Source: Acutalibacteraceae bacterium
GTDB lineage: Bacteria > Bacillota > Clostridia > Oscillospirales > Acutalibacteraceae
Length of the DNA: 64,000 nt
Reading direction: 5' to 3'
Assembly: GCA_045611605.1 (NCBI GenBank)
Contig: JAZKXN010000092.1
Coordinates: 3,674 to 67,673, forward strand
This document shows positions 10,316 to 19,678 of this stretch, one piece after another; positions within the stretch are counted from its first letter, which is position 1; every line of letters begins with the position of its first letter. The translations under genes and the position numbers were made by a program. A model generated the notes under the pieces. The model did no database searches. It worked only from the letters and a program-made list of their open reading frames with translations, and was not told the DNA's origin.

Positions 10316-11337
10316 TGGCTACCGATATTGGTATAGATTTAGGCTCTTCTAAAACTGTAATTTTTTCAAGCTCTAAGGTTGTGCTTGAATTACCGAGCGT
10401 TGTAACGGTTGATAGTGAAAACTGGGAACCGATTTATTACGGCGAAAAAGCAAAACAGACGATTGGCAGAACACCCGACAGTATGTTAAGCGTTTTTCCA
10501 ATTGAACATGGTGTTATTTCTGATTACGATTTAACCGAGCTTATGCTTAAGGATTATATGCAACAGGCATTTGGTAATAAAATTTTGCGTCCGCGTATTA
10601 TTGCTACGCTTCCTGCAGGTCTTACCGAGCTTCAACACCACTCACTTTCAAATGTGGTTGAAGCGGCAGGCGGTAGGAATATTACGGTTGTTGAAGGTCC
10701 CCTTGCAATTGCTTTTGGGTTGGGGCTTGATTTTTCAAAACCCCATGGCACACTTATTGTCGATATCGGCGCAGGTACTACCGATGTTGCAGTTATCTCA
10801 ATGGGGGGGATTGCGGCTTGTGACTCTTTTAAGACCGCTTCATTCGATTTTGATGCGCAGATTATTCGTTATGTAAGGCACGAATATAATATCGAAATTG
10901 GCCCGTTAACTGCAGAAGCAATTAAAATCAAAGTTGGCGCGGCAATAAAGCGTGATATCGAAATTGCAATGGTGGCAAAGGGAAGAAATATATTTTCTGG
11001 TCTTCCCGAAAGTTTTGAAATTACTTCAGGCGAAGTGTATGATGCAATTAACGATACAATTAAGCAGATTCTTAACGCTATTCGTAATGTACTTAATAAA
11101 ACCGACCCTGATTTAGTGGCGGATATTATGAACGACGGAATGTATCTTGCAGGCGGTGGCTCTAAACTTAGCGGTTTTGCTGAAAGAATTGCAGACTTTT
11201 TGAAAATCAAGGTTCATCAGATGGACGACCCTGCACATAGTGTGGTTAAAGGCGCGGCGGTAGCCATTAAAAAGCCGGAGCTTTTAAAGAATGTTGACTA
11301 TCAGATGAGATCGTTAAAAGAGCTTGAAATAGAATAA
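10315..11337 (+). CDS. MreB/Mbl family actin-like protein (divergent paralog)
   Basis: 340 aa with actin-fold phosphate motifs (DIGIDLGSS..., DIGAGTTDVAV, LAGGGSKL). The TAATG junction overlaps the comFC stop by 1 nt. Confidence 0.8.
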   Translation: MATDIGIDLGSSKTVIFSSSKVVLELPSVVTVDSENWEPIYYGEKAKQTIGRTPDSMLSVFPIEHGVISDYDLTELMLKDYMQQAFGNKILRPRIIATLPAGLTELQHHSLSNVVEAAGGRNITVVEGPLAIAFGLGLDFSKPHGTLIVDIGAGTTDVAVISMGGIAACDSFKTASFDFDAQIIRYVRHEYNIEIGPLTAEAIKIKVGAAIKRDIEIAMVAKGRNIFSGLPESFEITSGEVYDAINDTIKQILNAIRNVLNKTDPDLVADIMNDGMYLAGGGSKLSGFAERIADFLKIKVHQMDDPAHSVVKGAAVAIKKPELLKNVDYQMRSLKELEIE

Positions 11338-11387
11338 ATTGTTATAATTTAACACTTTAAAACGCTAAAGTTTGTACAAAATTACGA

Positions 11388-11416
11388 TTGACACATCCAC
11401 TTAATAGGAGTAATAT
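11388..11416 (+). promoter_or_regulatory. Sigma-A type promoter of the aromatic amino-acid operon leader
   Basis: TTGACA (11388-11393), a 17-nt spacer, then TAATAT (11411-11416). Confidence 0.6.
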
Positions 11417-11447
11417 ACACTATATCATCAAAAAAGGAGTGGACAGG

Positions 11448-11522
11448 TTGTTCGTAAAGTCTTATTTTCGATTTTATTATTATTTTAAAAATACGGACTG
11501 TCTGTACACTATTGAAGCATAA
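11448..11522 (+). CDS. Candidate leader peptide, Tyr/Phe-rich (MFVKSYFRFYYYFKNTDCLYTIEA)
   Basis: SD AAGGAG (11434-11439) lies 8 nt before TTG. The ORF has 24 codons, of which 5 are Tyr and 4 are Phe. It lies between the promoter and an intrinsic terminator, upstream of pheA/tyrA/aro genes. Confidence 0.55.
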   Translation: MFVKSYFRFYYYFKNTDCLYTIEA

Positions 11523-11551
11523 TCTTGATTATGTTTTTTAATAATACATTC

Positions 11552-11608
11552 AGCCCGTAGTTATCATATCCTAGTTTTAGGTGTGGTTATTACGGGCTTT
11601 TTATTTTT
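11552..11608 (+). terminator. Intrinsic terminator (attenuator) in the aro operon leader
   Basis: A stem of about 19 bp pairs 11552-11570 with 11580-11598 (core GCCCGTA/TACGGGC). It is followed by TTTTTATTTTT and sits 13 nt before the first operon gene. Confidence 0.75.
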
Positions 11609-11620
11609 AGAAATGGGGAA

Positions 11621-12808
11621 ATGGTAATGATTAATGAAAAAATGATGGAACTTGGTAAGGTTCGTTCGGTAATTCGTGAAATATTTGAATATGGTAATAA
11701 GCGCAGAAGTGAAATCGGTGCAGAAAATGTGCTTGATTTCAGTCTTGGTAACCCAAGTATTCCCGCGCCCGAAAAGGTAACAGAAATAATGGCGCGTCTT
11801 ATAAAAGAAACCGACCCTGTAAAGCTTCACGGTTATACATCTGCTCAAGGTGACCCCACTGTTCGCAAGGCAATTAGCGACGGTATTACTGAACGCTTTG
11901 GTATGAAAGCAAGTGCAGATTTAATTTATATGACCTGTGGTGCGGCAGCTTCATTAACAATTACACTTAATGCGCTTGTTAACGCAGGCGATGAAGTTAT
12001 TGCATTAGCGCCTTTTTTCCCTGAATATCGTGTGTTTGCTGAAAAAGCAGGTGCCAATTTTAAGGTTGTAAAATGCCGTGAAAGCGATTTTCAGATTGAT
12101 TTTGCTGCTTTAGAAAGCGCAATTACCAAAAACACCAAAGCGATTATTGTTAACTCACCTAACAACCCCACAGGTGTTGTGTTGTCTGAAGAAACGGTTA
12201 TTGAACTTTCTGAGCTTTTATTTAAAAAGCAAGAAGAATTTGGTACCCAAATTTACATAATTTGTGATGAACCATATCGTGAGTTAGCTTACGGTGTAGA
12301 TGTGCCGTATATTCCTAATTTTTACGATAACACAATCGTTTGCTATTCATTCAGTAAATCATTGTCATTACCGGGTGAGAGAATTGGTTATATTTTTGTT
12401 TCACCTAAAATTCAAATTGCAACTGATATTTATGCCGCGGTTTGCGGCGCGGGCAGAGCACTTGGCTATGTTTGCGCACCAAGCCTTTTGCAATATACCG
12501 TAAAGGAATGTATTGGTCTTACAGGCGATGTTGATGCATATAAGCGTAATCGCGATATTTTATATAATGCATTGACCGAATATGGATATAGCTGTGCAAA
12601 GCCTGACGGTGCTTTTTATCTATTTATGAAATCACCCGAAAGCGATGCAAAAGCATTTTGCGAAAAAGCTAAAAAGTATGAGCTTTTGCTTGTGCCTAGT
12701 GACAGTTTTGGTTATGAAGGCTATGTTCGTATAAGTTATTGCGTAAGTGAAAAACAAATTGTTAAATCTTTACCTGCCTTTAAGGCGCTTATGGAGGAAT
12801 ATAAATGA
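11621..12808 (+). CDS. PLP-dependent aminotransferase class I/II (aspartate/aromatic aminotransferase)
   Basis: 395 aa with NPTG and SFSKSLSLPGERIGY (PLP-lysine) motifs. First gene of the aro operon. Confidence 0.85.
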   Translation: MVMINEKMMELGKVRSVIREIFEYGNKRRSEIGAENVLDFSLGNPSIPAPEKVTEIMARLIKETDPVKLHGYTSAQGDPTVRKAISDGITERFGMKASADLIYMTCGAAASLTITLNALVNAGDEVIALAPFFPEYRVFAEKAGANFKVVKCRESDFQIDFAALESAITKNTKAIIVNSPNNPTGVVLSEETVIELSELLFKKQEEFGTQIYIICDEPYRELAYGVDVPYIPNFYDNTIVCYSFSKSLSLPGERIGYIFVSPKIQIATDIYAAVCGAGRALGYVCAPSLLQYTVKECIGLTGDVDAYKRNRDILYNALTEYGYSCAKPDGAFYLFMKSPESDAKAFCEKAKKYELLLVPSDSFGYEGYVRISYCVSEKQIVKSLPAFKALMEEYK

Positions 12809-13893
12809 CCGACCTTGAAAAAGCAAGGCAAAAAATCAACCAAGTTGATACTGAAATGCGCGAGCTTTTCTTAGAAAGAATGAAAGCTTCAAAAATTGTT
12901 GCAGAATATAAAAGACTTCACGGTATGCAGGTGTTTGACCCACAGCGTGAAGCAGAAGTTCTTGCAAGGAATAGTGCCGCTTTTGGTGATGAAGAACTTA
13001 AAGCATATTATGTTGATTTTATTACTCATAATATGGAAATTTCCAAACGCTATCAGCACCGTTTACTTGAAGGTATGAAGGTTGCATTCAGCGGTGTTAC
13101 GGGTGCATTTGCAAATATTGCCGCTAACAAAGTTTTTCCCGATGCTGAAGCCGTACCTTATCCTGATTTTAAATCGGCTTATAATTCTGTGGTTGACGGT
13201 GTTTGTGACTGTGTAATTTTACCGATTGAAAACAGTTTTAACGGTGATGTCGGACAGGTAATGGACCTTGCGTTTTTCGGCCCGCTTTATATTAACGGTG
13301 TTTATGACATTGCGGTTGTGCAAAATCTTTTAGCGAATAAGGGTGCTGTACTTGAAGATATTAAAGAAGTAATAAGTCATCCGCAAGCCTTGGGTCAATG
13401 TAATGAATATATTAAAAAACACGGGTTTAAAGCTATTGAAGCGGTTAATACTGCGGTTGCAGCTAAAATGGTTGCTGATAGCGGCAGATTAGATATTGCT
13501 GCCATTGCCAGCGAAGAAGCTGCAGAACAATTCGGACTTTTAAAGCTAGAAGCTCATATTAATCAAAGCAGTAATAATACAACTCGTTTTGCGGTATTTT
13601 CACGCACAGCTAAAGCGCCGTCTTCGGCGGATAATCATTTTATTTTGTTGTTTACAGTTACTAACGAAGCGGGCTCACTTGGTAAAGCAATTTCTATTAT
13701 CGGTGAAAACGGTTTTAACCTTAAAGCACTAAAGAGCCGCCCCACAAAAGAACTTATCTGGAACTATTACTTTTTTGTCGAAGGTGAAGGTAATATTAAC
13801 AGCGATAAGGGTAAAAAAATGCTTTGTGAACTTAAAGAAAAGTGCAGTGATTTAAGAATCATCGGCAACTTCGAAAAGGAAGTTATTTTATGA
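12805..13893 (+). CDS. pheA: Bifunctional chorismate mutase / prephenate dehydratase
   Basis: N-terminal CM_2-like helix region, a PDT domain with a TRF motif (NTTRFAVF) and a C-terminal ACT domain (SRPTK). ATGA overlap with the upstream gene. Confidence 0.9.
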   Translation: MTDLEKARQKINQVDTEMRELFLERMKASKIVAEYKRLHGMQVFDPQREAEVLARNSAAFGDEELKAYYVDFITHNMEISKRYQHRLLEGMKVAFSGVTGAFANIAANKVFPDAEAVPYPDFKSAYNSVVDGVCDCVILPIENSFNGDVGQVMDLAFFGPLYINGVYDIAVVQNLLANKGAVLEDIKEVISHPQALGQCNEYIKKHGFKAIEAVNTAVAAKMVADSGRLDIAAIASEEAAEQFGLLKLEAHINQSSNNTTRFAVFSRTAKAPSSADNHFILLFTVTNEAGSLGKAISIIGENGFNLKALKSRPTKELIWNYYFFVEGEGNINSDKGKKMLCELKEKCSDLRIIGNFEKEVIL

Positions 13894-14882
13894 TTTTAAC
13901 AACCAAAACTTCGGTCGGACAGTATGATATTGTTATTAAACGCGGTGTTTTAAGTGGTTTAAAAGAGTATTTAAATCTTGATCGAAAGGTGCTTATTGTT
14001 ACCGATAGCGGTGTACCCGAAATATACGCTAAAACGGTAGCGGCACAGTGTAAAGCAGGATATATTTACACCTTTGCGCAAGGGGAAGAAAGTAAAAATT
14101 TCGATACATATCAGTCAATTTTAAAACAAATGCTTGCCAATGGTTTCACGCGGAGTGACTGTGTGGTTGCAGTTGGTGGCGGTGTTGTGGGCGATATGGC
14201 GGGTTTTGCCGCGGCTTCGTTTATGCGCGGTGTTGATTTTTATAATATTCCCACAACGGTGCTTTCTCAGGTTGATTCTTCAATTGGGGGTAAGGTTGCA
14301 ATTGATTTTTGCGGTGTTAAAAATATTGTGGGGGCTTTTTATCCGCCAAAGGCGGTTATAATTGATGCCGACACCTTAAAAACATTACCCAAGCGTCAAG
14401 TTTCAAACGGTCTTTGCGAAGCACTTAAAATGGCAGCAACATTCGACAGTGAATTCTTTAATCTTTTTTCCAAAAACGATTTGGATATTGATTATATTAT
14501 CGAACAAAGCCTTCGCCTTAAAAAAACGGTAGTTGAAGAAGATGAAAAAGAACAGGGTGTGCGTAAAGTATTAAACTTTGGCCACACTATCGGTCATGCA
14601 ATTGAAAGCATAAATGTTGGCAGGCTTTATCACGGTGAATGTGTTGGTCTTGGTATGCTTTACTGTTCAAGTAATGATGTTAAAAACAAAATTGAAACTG
14701 CACTTAAAAGACTTGGCTTACCAACTGAATGTGAAATAAATGCTGATGAGATTATTGATTTTATGTCCCACGATAAAAAGAAATCGGGGGATAGTATTTC
14801 GGTGATTTGGGTCAATGAAATTGGCAGTTATGAAATTAGAAAAATGACTTTATCTGAACTTAAAGAAGTGATTTTAAAATGA
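13890..14882 (+). CDS. aroB: 3-dehydroquinate synthase
   Basis: 330 aa with GGGVVGDMAGFAAA and metal-binding His motifs. ATGA overlap with the upstream gene. Confidence 0.9.
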   Translation: MILTTKTSVGQYDIVIKRGVLSGLKEYLNLDRKVLIVTDSGVPEIYAKTVAAQCKAGYIYTFAQGEESKNFDTYQSILKQMLANGFTRSDCVVAVGGGVVGDMAGFAAASFMRGVDFYNIPTTVLSQVDSSIGGKVAIDFCGVKNIVGAFYPPKAVIIDADTLKTLPKRQVSNGLCEALKMAATFDSEFFNLFSKNDLDIDYIIEQSLRLKKTVVEEDEKEQGVRKVLNFGHTIGHAIESINVGRLYHGECVGLGMLYCSSNDVKNKIETALKRLGLPTECEINADEIIDFMSHDKKKSGDSISVIWVNEIGSYEIRKMTLSELKEVILK

Positions 14883-15970
14883 AAAACAGTTTTTTGCAAA
14901 ATGTAACGGTTACCGTTTTTGGTGAAAGTCATGGCGCAGGTATTGGCGCTGTGCTTGACGGTATGCCTGCGGGGATTCCCGTGAATGAAGAGTTTATTAA
15001 ACATCAGCTGTGTCTTCGTAAGCCCACAGGCGATATTTCTACACCGCGCGTTGAAGCGGATAATTATATAATTTACAGCGGTGTTTTTAATGGTTATACA
15101 ACCGGCACGCCGATTTGTATCGTTATCCCAAATGAAAATACAAATTCAAAGGATTATGAATCCGATAGGTTTTTAGCCCGTCCTTCCCATGCCGATTATG
15201 TTGCCTTTAAAAAGTATAACGGCTTTGAAGATTATCGTGGTGGGGGTCATTTTAGTGGAAGAGTAACTGCAGGTATTGTTGCAGTTGGCGCTATTGCAAT
15301 TTCGGCTTTAAAGCAAAAGGGCATAAAAATCGGCACACATATTTCAAGGTGCGCCGGTGTTAACGATGCAAAATTCAGTAATTACGAGACTGAAATAGAT
15401 TTGCTAAATAATATGCAGTTTGCCGTTTTGGATAACGCAAAGGGCGAAGAAATGCAGAATGCAATTAAAGCCGCAAAAGCTGATTGTGATAGTGTTGGCG
15501 GTGTTCTGGAAACGGCGGTTATTGGTATGCCTATCGGTGTGGGTGAGCCTTGGTTTGACACACTTGAAGGTCTTATTTCTCATGCGCTTTTTTCAATCCC
15601 CGCAATAAAGGGTGTTGAGTTTGGCTTGGGTTTTGATATAGCAGATTTAATGGGTTCGCAGGCTAATGACCTGTTTGAAATTAGTGATGGTAAAATTATA
15701 ACCAAAACCAATAATAACGGTGGTATAAACGGTGGTATTTCAAATGGTATGCCGCTTGTGTTCCGCTGTGCGGTTAAACCTACCCCTACCATTGCAAAAG
15801 AGCAGCAAACAGTTGATTTTAAAGAAAATATAAATACCACAATTGAATCGGCTGGCAGACACGATCCGTGTATTGTACATCGTGCGCGTGTTGTGGTTGA
15901 TAGTATGGTTGCAATCACACTTTGTGATGCTTTGACGACTAAATACGGAACAGACTGGTGGCTTAAATGA
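14879..15970 (+). CDS. aroC: Chorismate synthase
   Basis: 363 aa with FGESHG and RPSHAD signature motifs. ATGA overlap with the upstream gene. Confidence 0.95.
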   Translation: MKNSFLQNVTVTVFGESHGAGIGAVLDGMPAGIPVNEEFIKHQLCLRKPTGDISTPRVEADNYIIYSGVFNGYTTGTPICIVIPNENTNSKDYESDRFLARPSHADYVAFKKYNGFEDYRGGGHFSGRVTAGIVAVGAIAISALKQKGIKIGTHISRCAGVNDAKFSNYETEIDLLNNMQFAVLDNAKGEEMQNAIKAAKADCDSVGGVLETAVIGMPIGVGEPWFDTLEGLISHALFSIPAIKGVEFGLGFDIADLMGSQANDLFEISDGKIITKTNNNGGINGGISNGMPLVFRCAVKPTPTIAKEQQTVDFKENINTTIESAGRHDPCIVHRARVVVDSMVAITLCDALTTKYGTDWWLK

Positions 15971-17202
15971 AATACGGTCTTATTGGTGAAAAATTAGGTC
16001 ACAGTTTTTCTAAAATCGTTCATTCAAGGCTTGCAGATTATGAATATGAGTTATTAGAAATTGCAAAAACCGATTTAGAAACTTTTATGAAATCGCGTGA
16101 TTTTTGCGGTATAAATGTAACCATTCCATATAAAGAAGCAGTTATTCCGTATCTTAATTTTATTAGCAATGAAGCTGAGAAAATTGGTGTGGTTAATACT
16201 GTTATTAACAAAAACGGTAAACTTTACGGATATAATACCGATTTTTTTGGTCTTAAGCATCTTATCGAAACTAATGGTATCGAAATTTGCGGTAAAACTG
16301 TTTTAATTTTAGGAAGTGGTGGTACTTCGAAAACTGCAAAAGCGGTTTGCGAAAGTATGGGTGCTAATGACATTTTTATAGTTTCTCGTTCGGGTGGTAA
16401 CGGTGCTATATCTTATGATGATGCGCACAATAAAAATGCTCAGGTTATAATTAATACCACCCCTTGCGGAATGTTTCCAAAAACTGATGAGCAACCAATT
16501 TCGTTAGATGGTTTTAAGAATTTGGAAGCGGTAGTAGATGTTATTTATAATCCTTTAAGAACAAAGCTTGTGCTGGATGCTCAAAATCGTGGTATAAAAG
16601 CGGTTGGCGGATTATATATGCTTTATGGACAAGCGGTTAAAGCGGCAGAAATTTTTACCGATAATGAAATTAACGCCGATGTTTTTAATGAAATTTTAAA
16701 AGAAAAACAAAACCTTGTGCTTATTGGTATGCCATCTTGTGGTAAGACAACCCTTGGTAAGTTGCTCGCCGATGAGTTTAATAAAGAATTTGTTGATACC
16801 GATATCGAAATCGAAAAACTGACAGGAATGACAATACCCGAAATTTTCGAAAAATACGGTGAAGATTATTTTAGAAATTTAGAAGCACAGATTATTAGTG
16901 ATTTATCTGTAAAACAGTCACTCGTGGTTGCTACGGGCGGCGGTGCGGTTTTAAGGCGAGAAAATATTGATGCACTAAGACAAAACGGTAAAATAATTTT
17001 TATTGACCGACCGCTTAGTATGCTTATAACAACCGACGACCGACCCTTGTCAAGCAGCCGTGAAGCGTTGGAAAATCGCTATTTTGAAAGATATGCAACT
17101 TATTGTTTTTCGTGCGATGTACGAATTAATGCAGATGGTGATATAAACTCTAATTTTGAAAAGGTAAAAGAAGGCTTTTTAAATGAAAATTTTGGTAATT
17201 AA
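15967..17202 (+). CDS. aroE/aroK: Fused shikimate dehydrogenase / shikimate kinase
   Basis: The N-terminal ~250 aa is AroE-like (GLIGEKLGHSFSK, GSGGTSK). The C-terminal ~160 aa carries a Walker A motif (GMPSCGKTT) and an AroK-like fold pattern. Confidence 0.9.
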   Translation: MKYGLIGEKLGHSFSKIVHSRLADYEYELLEIAKTDLETFMKSRDFCGINVTIPYKEAVIPYLNFISNEAEKIGVVNTVINKNGKLYGYNTDFFGLKHLIETNGIEICGKTVLILGSGGTSKTAKAVCESMGANDIFIVSRSGGNGAISYDDAHNKNAQVIINTTPCGMFPKTDEQPISLDGFKNLEAVVDVIYNPLRTKLVLDAQNRGIKAVGGLYMLYGQAVKAAEIFTDNEINADVFNEILKEKQNLVLIGMPSCGKTTLGKLLADEFNKEFVDTDIEIEKLTGMTIPEIFEKYGEDYFRNLEAQIISDLSVKQSLVVATGGGAVLRRENIDALRQNGKIIFIDRPLSMLITTDDRPLSSSREALENRYFERYATYCFSCDVRINADGDINSNFEKVKEGFLNENFGN

Positions 17203-17611
17203 CGGCGTTAATCTTAATATGTTAGGTGTTCGTGAACCGCAAATTTACGGTAACAAAACCTATAAAGCTTTGTGCACTTATATCAAAGCGTATGCCAAGC
17301 AAAAAGGGGTTAAAGTTTCATTTTTTCAGTCAAACTGTGAAGGCGATTTAGTTACCGCAATTCAAAAAGCATATCAGAAATTTGACGGTATTGTTATAAA
17401 TCCTGGCGCTTATACCCACACAAGTATTGCACTTTTAGATGCTGTAAAATCGGTGGGTGTGCCGACAGTTGAAGTACATATTTCTGATGTCGAAAGCCGT
17501 GAAACTTTCCGTCAGATAAGCTATATCCGTTCTGCTTGTGTTGCAACAATAAGCGGTAAAGGTTTTGAAGGTTATAATGAAGCAATTGATATATTAACGG
17601 TGAAAAAATAA
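17183..17611 (+). CDS. aroQ: Type II 3-dehydroquinate dehydratase
   Basis: 142 aa reading MKILVINGVNLNMLGVREPQIYG...INPGAYTHTS. Confidence 0.95.
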   Translation: MKILVINGVNLNMLGVREPQIYGNKTYKALCTYIKAYAKQKGVKVSFFQSNCEGDLVTAIQKAYQKFDGIVINPGAYTHTSIALLDAVKSVGVPTVEVHISDVESRETFRQISYIRSACVATISGKGFEGYNEAIDILTVKK

Positions 17612-18831
17612 TGATAGTTAAGTTTACCCCTTCTGCCGCGTTTGGCAGAGTAAAAGCACCCCCTTCAAAAAGTATGGCGCACCGACTTTTAATTTGCGGT
17701 GCCTTTTCTAAGGAGAGTGTAATAAGCGGTGTTGCTTTTTCGGAAGATATTAAGGCAACGCTCGGTTGTTTAAAAGTTTTAGGCGCGAATATCAGTATCG
17801 AAAACGATATTGTTACTCTTGGCGGTATTGATATAAATAAAGCCCCTGAATCTACAAAACTTTTTTGTAATGAAAGCGGAAGCACTTTAAGGTTTTTAAT
17901 ACCTATTTGTTTGCTTTTTGGCGGTTATTTTAACTTAAGCGGTACTCAGCGTCTTATGGAACGCTCATTATCGGTTTATGAAGACATTTGCAAAAGCCAA
18001 GGTATTTCTTTCACTAAGGGGAAAACAGACCTTGCCTTGTGTGGAAAATTAAATGCGGGGAAATATACCGTTCGCGGTGATATTTCCAGTCAGTTTATAA
18101 GTGGCTTAATGTTCGCTCTTCCACTTTTAGAGCAAGACAGTATTATTGAAATCACAAACGGATTAGAAAGCGGTTCTTATCTTAATTTAACCATAAAAGC
18201 TCTTGCGGAATTTGGTGTAAGAATTACCCGTTATGACGAGAGAACCTTTTATATTAAGGGCGGACAAACCTATAAAAACCGCAATTTGAAGGTTGAAGGC
18301 GATTTTTCAAATGCGGCATTTTTTGAAGCCTTTAATTTGATTGGCGGTAATGTTGCAGTATCAAATCTTTCTAGCATGAGTGCACAGGGTGACCGAGTTT
18401 ATAAAGAAATGATGGTTGAAATTGCAAACGGGTGCCCTATCCTTGATATAAGTGACTTCCCCGATTTGGCGCCTATTCTTATAACCTGTGCCGCCCTTAA
18501 AAACGGTGCAAGATTTATAGGTACGCATCGCCTAAAAATTAAGGAAAGTGACCGCGGTGCCGCAATGGCGGAAGAACTTTTAAAATTTGGTTGTGAAATA
18601 AAAGTTTTAGAAAACGAAATAATTGTACCTAAAGTTGAATTACATTCGCCTGCATTACCGTTATTTTCACATAATGACCACCGAATTGTTATGTCACTTT
18701 CGGTGTTAGCGTCGTGCTATGGTGGCGAAATTTATGGTGCAGAAGCAGTGAGTAAAAGCTTTCCCGATTATTTTGAAAAGCTCAATTCTATTGGTATTAA
18801 GACAGAGATGGTGACTTTAAATGAAGCTTAG
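17611..18831 (+). CDS. aroA: 3-phosphoshikimate 1-carboxyvinyltransferase (EPSP synthase)
   Basis: 406 aa with a PPSKSMAHR motif and the class II-like short form. Its start shares 1 nt with the aroQ stop. Confidence 0.95.
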   Translation: MIVKFTPSAAFGRVKAPPSKSMAHRLLICGAFSKESVISGVAFSEDIKATLGCLKVLGANISIENDIVTLGGIDINKAPESTKLFCNESGSTLRFLIPICLLFGGYFNLSGTQRLMERSLSVYEDICKSQGISFTKGKTDLALCGKLNAGKYTVRGDISSQFISGLMFALPLLEQDSIIEITNGLESGSYLNLTIKALAEFGVRITRYDERTFYIKGGQTYKNRNLKVEGDFSNAAFFEAFNLIGGNVAVSNLSSMSAQGDRVYKEMMVEIANGCPILDISDFPDLAPILITCAALKNGARFIGTHRLKIKESDRGAAMAEELLKFGCEIKVLENEIIVPKVELHSPALPLFSHNDHRIVMSLSVLASCYGGEIYGAEAVSKSFPDYFEKLNSIGIKTEMVTLNEA

Positions 18832-19678
18832 TAAAGACTTAAATATATTAATTGTTGGTCTTGGCCTTTTGGGTGGTAGCTATGCAAGAACCCTTAAACA
18901 GAAAGGCTTTAAAGTGTCGGCAATTACTAAAAATCAAGACGATATTGATTTTGCCCTTGAAAACGACATTATTGATGATGGTACAACCGAAATTGATGCC
19001 GAGATTATCGGTAATGCTGACCTAGTGATTTTTGCGCTTTATCCACACATTTTTGTTGAATGGATTACCGAAAATCAATCGCTTTTAAAAAGTGGCGCAA
19101 TCATTACCGATGTTACAGGTGTAAAGGGCAGTATTGTTTATAAAATTCAGGATATGTTACGCCCTGATATCGAATTTATTGCTGCCCACCCAATGGCTGG
19201 TAGGGAAATGAGCGGTGTTCAGAATTCTGACGGCGTTAATTTTTTAGATGCTAACTATATTGTTGTTCCGACCGATAAAAACACACATAAGGCGATAGAA
19301 CTTTGCTGCGAACTTGGTGAAACATTGGGCTTTAAGCAAATTGCCGAGCTTTCGGTTGAAAGTCACGATAAAATGATTGCCTTTCTGTCACAGCTTACAC
19401 ACTGTATTGCTGTATCCTTAATGTGTTGTAATAACATTTCGGGTATGGAGTATTATACAGGTGACTCTTTTAGAGATTTAACCCGAATTGCTCAAATTAA
19501 CGACGAAATGTGGAGTGAACTGTTTTTAAATAACAAAGATTATTTGTTATATGAAATGGACTGCTTTAGAAAATCATTTGATGAATTGTACGATAAAATT
19601 AAAGATGAAGACAGGGAAGGTATGCGTGAAATGATGCGCCTTTCCACTTATCGCAGAAAGAGATTTGATAAAAAATGA
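18821..19678 (+). CDS. tyrA: Prephenate dehydrogenase
   Basis: 285 aa with a Rossmann motif (VGLGLLGGS) and an HPMAG motif. Confidence 0.9.
   Translation: MKLSKDLNILIVGLGLLGGSYARTLKQKGFKVSAITKNQDDIDFALENDIIDDGTTEIDAEIIGNADLVIFALYPHIFVEWITENQSLLKSGAIITDVTGVKGSIVYKIQDMLRPDIEFIAAHPMAGREMSGVQNSDGVNFLDANYIVVPTDKNTHKAIELCCELGETLGFKQIAELSVESHDKMIAFLSQLTHCIAVSLMCCNNISGMEYYTGDSFRDLTRIAQINDEMWSELFLNNKDYLLYEMDCFRKSFDELYDKIKDEDREGMREMMRLSTYRRKRFDKK

Noticed and set aside
11338-11620. Possible T-box leader upstream of the aromatic operon.
   Set aside because: I could find no T-box consensus (AGGGUGGnACCGCG-like) and no specifier-loop architecture. The region is too short (about 185 nt of transcript) and is better explained by the leader ORF plus terminator.
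17394-17885. 163-aa minus-strand ORF spanning the aroQ/aroA junction.
   Set aside because: It is antisense to two strongly supported aro genes. No start context is present, so I treat it as a shadow ORF.
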